Assembly (NCBI RefSeq): GCF_000008665.1
Contig: NC_000917.1
Span: 120,001-152,000 of the forward strand
From: Archaeoglobus fulgidus DSM 4304
Lineage (GTDB): Archaea; Halobacteriota; Archaeoglobi; Archaeoglobales; Archaeoglobaceae
Direction of reading: 5' to 3'
Length of the DNA stretch: 32,000 nt
The position numbers were made by a program, and so were the translations under genes. Below the pieces are notes generated by a model, which saw only the letters and a program-made list of their open reading frames with translations, did not search any database and was not told where the DNA came from. This document shows positions 25,865-32,000 of the stretch, one piece after another; position 1 is the first letter of the stretch; every line of letters starts with the position of its first letter.

Positions 25865-27175
25865 ATGGCAATTGAAGTCGAGCTTCACAAACTGCGGGAA
25901 TGGATGTGGAAATACTCCCTCGGCAGAGATGGGGGCAATAATTCTGATCACTTTCTTCGTATAAAAATTCCGGGCGGGATAATTTCACCGGATCGGCTGA
26001 GAGGTGTTGCTGAGCTATCAGATAAATATGGGAGAGGTTATGCTGAGATTACGACGAGGCAGGACATACAGCTTCACTGGATCGAGGCTGAGGATGCTCT
26101 GGAAATCTTCGCTGAGATGGAAAAGCTTGGCTTCACAACAGACCTGTGCAGTCAGGCTTTTGCCGAAACATGCCACGGTGATGTGAGAAACGCCGTCTGC
26201 TGCCCTCTGTCTGGGAAAAAGGGATACGATGCTTACTGGCTTGTTAGGGAGATTACGGATTTCTTCTCAGGCAACCCGGATTACGTCAGCCTTCCGCACA
26301 AGTTCAAGATTGGCATCTCTACTTGCGAGAGCAACTGCATAAGGGAGGAGGCGCAGGACTTGGCAATGCAGTGGAACGGCGAGGGGTTTGTACCGCTTGT
26401 TGGGGGAGGACTGGGGGCTTCGAAGCCCGGAGTCAGGAAGGCAAAGAGCTTGAGAATCGTTGTTTACGAGGAGGATGCCTTCGATTTTATAAGGACGGTC
26501 ATAGACATCTACAAAGACTTCAGAGCTGAGAGAAAAGCAGAGGCAAGGTTCAAGAACTTTTTTGAGACTGCTGGATGCGAGTGGCTGAGAAGAGAAATTG
26601 AGCTCAGAATGGGTGTTAAATTCGATTTAGCTGATGATTTCAACTGCAATCCGCCATCAGAGCACACTGAGGGCTTGCAGGATGATGGCAGCAACTACTA
26701 CACCCTTCCTGTGTTCGCAGGTATCCTCGACTCGGAAAGGCTGAGCTTCATTGCTGAGGTTGCTGAGGAGTTTGATGGAGGAATCAGGCTCACACCATGG
26801 CAGAACGTTGTTTTCACCGATATTGACGACTTGAAGGCTTTGAAAGAGAGGCTTTCCGAGCAGTTTGACCTCAGTGCTCCAAGAATGCACATCGCCTGTG
26901 CATCGAACTTCTGCGGTAAGACGCTGGTGCACGCAAAGGACGTTCTCAGGCACATTCCAGCGAGCGATAGATTTGTGGGGGTGAGCGGATGCAGCAACGC
27001 CTGTGCCTGCCATCCTCTTGCTGAAATCGGACTTTGTGGGAAGGTTAAAGCAGGAAAGCAGCTCTACGACGTCTTCATTCACGGCTGGAAGGAGGCGGAG
27101 AACCTGAGCGTTGAGGAGGCGGTTGAGCTCATTAAAAAACATCTTGGTGATGGATATGGAGCTAAAGCTGATTGA
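25865..27175 (+). CDS. Sulfite/nitrite reductase-like siroheme-[4Fe-4S] protein
   Basis: YAEITTRQDIQLHWI, CHGDVRNAVCCPLSG, ISTCESNCIR, GIRLTPWQNVVFTDI, CASNFCG and SGCSNACACHP. Confidence 0.88.
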   Translation: MAIEVELHKLREWMWKYSLGRDGGNNSDHFLRIKIPGGIISPDRLRGVAELSDKYGRGYAEITTRQDIQLHWIEAEDALEIFAEMEKLGFTTDLCSQAFAETCHGDVRNAVCCPLSGKKGYDAYWLVREITDFFSGNPDYVSLPHKFKIGISTCESNCIREEAQDLAMQWNGEGFVPLVGGGLGASKPGVRKAKSLRIVVYEEDAFDFIRTVIDIYKDFRAERKAEARFKNFFETAGCEWLRREIELRMGVKFDLADDFNCNPPSEHTEGLQDDGSNYYTLPVFAGILDSERLSFIAEVAEEFDGGIRLTPWQNVVFTDIDDLKALKERLSEQFDLSAPRMHIACASNFCGKTLVHAKDVLRHIPASDRFVGVSGCSNACACHPLAEIGLCGKVKAGKQLYDVFIHGWKEAENLSVEEAVELIKKHLGDGYGAKAD

Positions 27176-27389
27176 AAGAGGAGATTTTCACGAGCTGGAC
27201 TGCAGGAACATGGTCTGCCCGTATCCAGTGATTATAACCAAGCTTGCAATGCAGAAGGTTGACAGGCTTGAGGTTTTGACGAACAATCCTCCATCTGTGA
27301 GGGACATTGAGAAGATTGCAGAAAAAGAGGGCTGGAGAGTGGAAAAGAGGAGGGATGGAGAGGTCTGGAGAATCAGGATTTGGCGGTGA
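27150..27389 (+). CDS. TusA/SirA-family sulfur-carrier-like protein
   Basis: HELDCRNMVCPYPVIITKLAMQKV; start at 27150 or 27156; overlaps the reductase end. Confidence 0.85.
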   Translation: MDMELKLIERGDFHELDCRNMVCPYPVIITKLAMQKVDRLEVLTNNPPSVRDIEKIAEKEGWRVEKRRDGEVWRIRIWR

Positions 27390-27521
27390 TCTTTTGAGGT
27401 CAATGGGTCTGTCCAGTATGGTGGTAGGCAGGGCACAGCTTCATTATACCTAAGTAATTAGATTCGCTGGAATCCGCACATAGAACTAAAATCTTCATTT
27501 TTTAAAAATAAATTTGAAAAA

Positions 27522-27704
27522 TCAATCCTCAAGTGAAATCGCCGAAGCGGGACAGCTCTCCATAGCCTCCTCGCAGCATTCAGCGCTGTCACAGCTACCG
27601 ATAACCTCGCTTATGCCCTCATCGTTAAGCCTGAAAACCTCAGGGCATATTTCCTCACACGTCCCGCAACCAATGCAGAGGTCTCTGTCCACAACGGCTT
27701 TCAT
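27522..27704 (-). CDS. Single [4Fe-4S]/[3Fe-4S]-type ferredoxin
   Basis: VVDRDLCIGCGTCEEICPEVFRL...CCEEAMESCPASAISLED. Confidence 0.92.
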   Translation of the reverse strand: MKAVVDRDLCIGCGTCEEICPEVFRLNDEGISEVIGSCDSAECCEEAMESCPASAISLED

Positions 27705-28830
27705 ACCTTCACCACCCCTGCAATTTTCTCAGCCAGCTTTCTTACCTTCTCAAGGTCTGAATCCGATGGCTTTGCCCTAACTTCAACAACCCCGAGAACT
27801 TCGAGGTTCAGAGAAGAAACTATCTCCTCAATCTGCTTCACAGCCCCTCCACCCCAGCCGAAAGAGCTCAGAACTGCTGCGTATCTGGCTGGTGGTCTCA
27901 GAGCCTTTACGAGGTTTGCAGCGAAGAGGGCGAGGGGGTGCATTCCTCCCAGCACAGTTGGAGTGCCGAGCACAATAGCTCTTGAGTCAACCAAGTCCTT
28001 CGCAATCTCGCCAATGTCCGCACTCGCTAAATTGTGAACGGCAACCTTCAAACCCTCCTTCATCAGCAGCTCAGTAAGCAGATTCACCATCCTCTCCGTC
28101 GAGCCCCACATGGTGGCGTAAACCACAAGCACCTTTTCCTCAGTTTCCCCTGCAGTCCATTTCTCGTATGCTGACAGGATTTTCTCGAGGTTTCTGTAAA
28201 TCGGCCCGTGGCTTGGGGCTATCATGTTTATTTTCAGGCCTTTTATTTTCTCCAGAGCCTTCTTTCCCATACTGCGGAAGGGCATCATTATCTCACCGAA
28301 GTATCTCTGGGCGTAGTAGAGAATCTCAGGCACCTCGTCATCGTAGAAGCCGTAAGCTGTGTGACAGCCAAAGAAATCACAGGGGAAGAGTATTCCATCC
28401 TCCACGAGATAGGTGAACATCGTTTCAGGCCAGTGAAGCCACGGAGCGTGGATGAAGCGGAGAGTTTTTTCGCCGAGGCTTATCTCCTCCCCATCCTCAA
28501 CAACCCTCACCCTGCTTTCAGGAACATCGTAGTAGAACTTCGCCATCTCAGCCCCCTTCTTCGTGGTCACCAGCAAAGCGTCGCTGCTTTCCATGATAAA
28601 GGGTATCGCCCCGGCGTGGTCGGGTTCGGCGTGGTTCATAACAACGTAATCAATTCTGTCAGCATACCTCTCAACGTTCCGCCTGAGCACGTCCTCAAAC
28701 CCCGGATTCACTCATCAACAATCAGGTAGCTGTTGTAGCTCGTTCCCTGCGGGAGGGGAATGAGCGAGTCAAAAATTCTGCGATTCCAGTCCTTCGCACC
28801 AACCCAGTAAACTTTTTCAGCAATCTCCAC
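27701..28830 (-). pseudogene. Flavodiiron protein (FprA-like) with a short frame-changing internal deletion near the N-terminus
   Basis: ORF 27701-28711 has MNHAEPDHAGAIP, HWPETMF, SHGPIYR and flavodoxin motif YATMWGSTERM; upstream 28711-28830 encodes [40 protein letters not shown] in another frame. Confidence 0.8.
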
Positions 28831-28834
28831 ACTC

Positions 28835-29113
28835 TCACCCCCTTATTTTGTCAACAATCTTTCCAGCATCTGTAACAACCCACCTCTCTCCAACTCTCTC
28901 TATGCAGAAACCGGCTTCAAGGACTTTGAGGTGATAATCAAGCTGCTTTTTGCTCAGTGAAAGGGTCTGCATGATTTCCTCCTCACTTCTGCCTTTATCG
29001 AGCATTCTAAGAATTTTCCTCCTGACGGGATTGGTAACAGCGTAGTTATACCTTTTGTGATACTCATCAGCCTTTTCGAGGCTATCAGCCTTAATCCACT
29101 CCTCCAAGGACAT
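28835..29113 (-). CDS. ArsR-like HTH transcriptional regulator
   Basis: [63 protein letters not shown]. Confidence 0.85.
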   Translation of the reverse strand: MSLEEWIKADSLEKADEYHKRYNYAVTNPVRRKILRMLDKGRSEEEIMQTLSLSKKQLDYHLKVLEAGFCIERVGERWVVTDAGKIVDKIRG

Positions 29114-29117
29114 AATC

Positions 29118-29579
29118 TCACCCCCTCAACTCTCTCAGCTTCCTCAGCATCTCTTCAAACTCCTCATCGCTCAGCTTTTTCAGCATCTTAGCCCTGCCAA
29201 GAGTGATTGTTTTTGCAAGAGTTTTCCTCAATACGGGATTTCGCAGAGGTGTGAAGCCGTAGGATGCGAGGATTTCTGTAGCCTCAGGATACCTCTCGAT
29301 GAGCCTTCCAACATTGGTGTTTTCATCAATCCTGAACTCCTCCTCCTCATCAGCCTTAAATTCAGCCCTTTTTGTGACTTTAAGCAGAATGAACCTGTCA
29401 CCCTTCTCAGCACTGCACTCTGCGTATTCGGAAAGGTGTGTGGTGATTGCCTCAACATCAGCATCCGAATCGAGCACGAACTGCACCTGCTCCCCAACCT
29501 CTACATTCTCAATCGCCTCAACAATTCCTCCGAGGGCTTCGGGCAGGGAAAGCCCCCTCAAATCAGATATTGCTACCAT
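29118..29579 (-). CDS. Two-domain protein: N-terminal DUF2249/TusA-like and C-terminal DUF1858-like
   Basis: VEAIENVEVGEQVQFVLDSDADVEAITTHLSE; IDENTNVGRLIERYPEATEILASYGFTPLRNPVLRKTLAKTITLGRAKM. Confidence 0.7.
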   Translation of the reverse strand: MVAISDLRGLSLPEALGGIVEAIENVEVGEQVQFVLDSDADVEAITTHLSEYAECSAEKGDRFILLKVTKRAEFKADEEEEFRIDENTNVGRLIERYPEATEILASYGFTPLRNPVLRKTLAKTITLGRAKMLKKLSDEEFEEMLRKLRELRG

Positions 29580-29662
29580 AACACTAATTCATCATGAAAC
29601 TACAAATCAGTTTCCACTAAAATCTTCGGTGAAGCTTTGCGGGAAAATGGTAAAATAGTATC

Positions 29663-30967
29663 ATGTTAAATTCCATCATGGAAGACAAGAAGGAGTTGCT
29701 GAAAAGCCTTCTCAGGCAGATTCATGAAGGTAGGGATGTTTCAGAGCTGAAGGAGCAGTTTAAAGATGTGCTTGCCAGCATTTCACCCCTCGAAATCCCG
29801 CTTATTGAGCAGGAGCTCGTTAAGGAGGGTATTTCGACGAGGGAGATAGCGAAGATGTGTGACATACATGTTGAGCTCTTCAGGGAGAGCGTTGAGGGGG
29901 CTTTCAGCGTTGAAGATATTCCTGAAGGGCATCCGCTCCACACCCTCTTCATGGAAAACAGGGAGATAGTGAAGGATGCGGAAATGCTCGCGTTGCTTGC
30001 AAACACGCTGGAGAGGGAGATGAAGGGAGAAATTCTGGAGGAGATGGAAAGCGTTGTGGCAGAACTCATAAAGGTTGGCCACACTCACTACAACAGAGAG
30101 GAGATGCTCATTTTCCCCTACATCGAGAGGAGGGGGATTACTGCCATTCCAAACGTGTTGTGGTTCAAGCATGATGAGATAAGGGCTGCCCTGAGGGTTT
30201 TGCACAGACTTCTTACCACAGACACGGGAGAGAGGTGGGAGGAGCACATCAAAAGAGTTGTGGAGAAAGCGAGGGAGGTTTCATCGGCAATGCTGGATAT
30301 GGTTTTCAGGGAGAACAACATCTTCTACCCAACGCTAAAAGTTCTGCTCAGCGAGGGAGAGTGGAGGGCAATAAGGGAGCAGGAAGAGATAATAGGTTAC
30401 TACAAGCTCAAGCCAGCAGAATGGAAGAGCGATGCCAAGCCCGTGCATCCTTACGAGATAGACACTACCATAACCGCAGAGCAGCTTATCAGCCTGCCAG
30501 AAGAGGTGCAAAACTTGCTGAAGGGACAGCTCTTGAAGCCCGACAGTTATGAGGTAGTGAGGGAGGATGACTTAAGGCTTGATGAGGGATATCTCTCTCA
30601 GAGAGAAATTAACGCCATTTTCAAAGCTCTGCCCTTTGACATAACCTTCGTTGACAGCAATGACAGGGTCAGGTTTTTCTCAGGGAGCGACAGGATATTC
30701 GCAAGAACACCTTCCGTCATCGGGAGGAGAGTTCATTTATGCCACCCGCCGAGGAGCGTGCACATTGTTGATAAAATACTGAAGGCCTTCAGAAACGGGG
30801 AGAGGGATTTTGCTGAGTTCTGGATAAACATGGGTGGGAGAATTATACACATAAGATACTTCGCCGTGAGGGATGAGGGGGAGTACCTTGGCACGGTGGA
30901 GGTTGTTCAGGATGTGACGGAGATAAAAAGGCTTGAGGGCGAGAAGAGGCTGCTGGGGTGGAAGTAG
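29663..30967 (+). CDS. DUF438 + hemerythrin-like + PAS protein
   Basis: Start may be internal (MEDKKELL); LKEQFKDVLASISPLEIPLIEQELVKEGIS, HPLHTLFMENREI, GHTHYNREEMLIFPYIER, HDEIRAALR, REVSSAMLDMVFRENNIFYPTLKVLL, C-terminal PAS. Confidence 0.85.
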   Translation: MLNSIMEDKKELLKSLLRQIHEGRDVSELKEQFKDVLASISPLEIPLIEQELVKEGISTREIAKMCDIHVELFRESVEGAFSVEDIPEGHPLHTLFMENREIVKDAEMLALLANTLEREMKGEILEEMESVVAELIKVGHTHYNREEMLIFPYIERRGITAIPNVLWFKHDEIRAALRVLHRLLTTDTGERWEEHIKRVVEKAREVSSAMLDMVFRENNIFYPTLKVLLSEGEWRAIREQEEIIGYYKLKPAEWKSDAKPVHPYEIDTTITAEQLISLPEEVQNLLKGQLLKPDSYEVVREDDLRLDEGYLSQREINAIFKALPFDITFVDSNDRVRFFSGSDRIFARTPSVIGRRVHLCHPPRSVHIVDKILKAFRNGERDFAEFWINMGGRIIHIRYFAVRDEGEYLGTVEVVQDVTEIKRLEGEKRLLGWK

Positions 30968-30970
30968 AAG

Positions 30971-31527
30971 ATGAAAGAAAGAGTTCCTCCCGGTCAGAGG
31001 GTTTTTGACAAACTCCCGGTGCTGCAATACAGGGGCATCCCGCACATCGACATTGAGGAGTGGAGATTTAGGGTTTACGGGCTGGTTTCAAGGGAGCTTA
31101 CCTTTACCTACGAGGAGATGCTCGAACTCCCGCAGAAGGAGTTTAGGTGTGATGTTCACTGCGTAACGGGCTGGAGCAAGCTCGACTCCGTTTGGGAAGG
31201 TTTTGAAGCCTCTGAGATTATAAAGCTTTCAAAGCCCCTTGAAAACGCCCGATACGTGATGGTTCATTCAGCAGACGGCTACACAACCAACCTCTCCATA
31301 GAGGACTTCTCGAAGGGATTTTTCGCCATCAAAATGGATGGAAAGCCCTTATCTCTCGAGCACGGCTACCGCTCCGCTTGGTTGTGCCACACCTCTACTT
31401 CTGGAAGAGCGCCAAGTGGGTTACGGCAGTGGAGTTTATGGCGGAAGAGAGGCTGGGATTCTGGGAGAGCAGGGGTTACCATATCAGGGGTGACCCGTGG
31501 AAGGAGGAGAGGTACAGCAGGACCTAA
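30971..31527 (+). pseudogene. Sulfite-oxidase/YedY-like molybdopterin-binding protein with one frameshift
   Basis: FRVYGLVSRELTFTYEEMLELPQKEFRCDVHCVTGWS and KPLSLEHGY; then out of frame [52 protein letters not shown]. Confidence 0.8.
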
Positions 31528-31572
31528 AATCTTAGGGAGAATCCTTATCCCCCCAAGTCTTAACTCACCTCC

Positions 31573-32000
31573 ATGAGGCTTTTGCCAAAAATGGGGGGCG
31601 TGATAAGCATCTGGTTAACCTCAACGCTCCTGGCGATGAAATACCTCACACCTCTTAATTTAGCAATAGCGCTGCTTTCCCTGCTGTCAGTAAACCCGCT
31701 CATGTATATGAAGAAAGATTTTTCACTCGTTTTTCCAATTCTCCTTTCAGCGTTGGCAGCATACATCCTCTACCTTAACCCCACTACCATCTACTTCCTC
31801 CTCGCTTACTCGATCCTCTTCATAGCGCTCAAATTCGTGAATGAGTGGAGAATTGAGACGAAAATCGGTGCCTTCGCTCTCACCTTCCCCTTTCCGATGA
31901 TGGCCTTGGCTTACGGGGCGGGCCTGATGGAAATATTGGCACCATTAACCCTCTTGTTCTCTCTAACAGCCTTCAACCTTTTTCTTGCTGACTCAAGAAT
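31573..32000 (+). CDS. YwiC-like multi-pass membrane protein, 3' truncated by the window edge
   Basis: My manual translation: MRLLPKMGGVISIWLTSTLLAMKYLTPLNLAIAALLSLLSVNPLMYMKK..., open to window end. Confidence 0.6.
   Translation, partial: MRLLPKMGGVISIWLTSTLLAMKYLTPLNLAIALLSLLSVNPLMYMKKDFSLVFPILLSALAAYILYLNPTTIYFLLAYSILFIALKFVNEWRIETKIGAFALTFPFPMMALAYGAGLMEILAPLTLLFSLTAFNLFLADSR

Noticed and set aside
27390-27513. Intergenic region between convergent genes checked for a structured ncRNA
   Set aside because: Only a T-rich/A-rich tract (CATTTTTTAAAAATAAA) consistent with transcription termination; no supportable fold.
28208-28729. Plus-strand 173 aa ORF overlapping the flavodiiron gene, and 28168-28416
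   Set aside because: Overlaps a clearly conserved minus-strand protein and has no recognisable motif.
29299-29658. Plus-strand Ser-rich ORF (SSILNSSSSSALNSALF) opposite the DUF1858-like gene
   Set aside because: Reverse complement of an acidic coding stretch (Glu codons read as Ser or Leu), not a real protein.
30235-30552. Plus-strand 105 aa ORF MGGAHQKSCGESEGG...
   Set aside because: Out-of-frame shadow of the hemerythrin/PAS gene.

Overview
The window is gene-dense and looks archaeal. My reading, from recall and not from a search, is an Archaeoglobus-type sulfate reducer. Blocks, left to right: (1) a minus-strand set of two thiolase-like proteins and two DUF35-type OB/Zn-ribbon proteins in mirror-image order (115-3479). 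(2) Nested transposase remnants (4179-5310). (3) A compact plus-strand operon (6026-9360): methyltransferase, Met/Gly/Tyr-rich MMGY protein, CuA-like cupredoxin, NapH/NosR-like polyferredoxin, second CuA-like cupredoxin. No oxidase subunit I or N2O reductase is visible, and a convergent arm carries a second MMGY protein and a Yip1-like protein. (4) A decaying stretch with a SpoIIM-family relic and an HTH regulator relic. (5) A SHOCT membrane protein, CopB-type copper ATPase and FTR1-like permease. (6) A TAT-targeted molybdopterin reductase operon with FeS subunit, NrfD-like subunit, TorD-like chaperone and MoeA. (7) A sulfite/nitrite reductase-like protein with a TusA-like protein. (8) Ferredoxin, flavodiiron protein, HTH, DUF1858-like, hemerythrin/PAS and YedY-like molybdoenzyme genes. 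The two most interesting observations are a recurring palindromic box, TTAACAGTGTTAA and variants, at the promoters of at least five units, and the orphan two-CuA plus polyferredoxin module. At least seven genes look frameshifted or internally deleted. No CRISPR array, rRNA or tRNA was recognised by eye.
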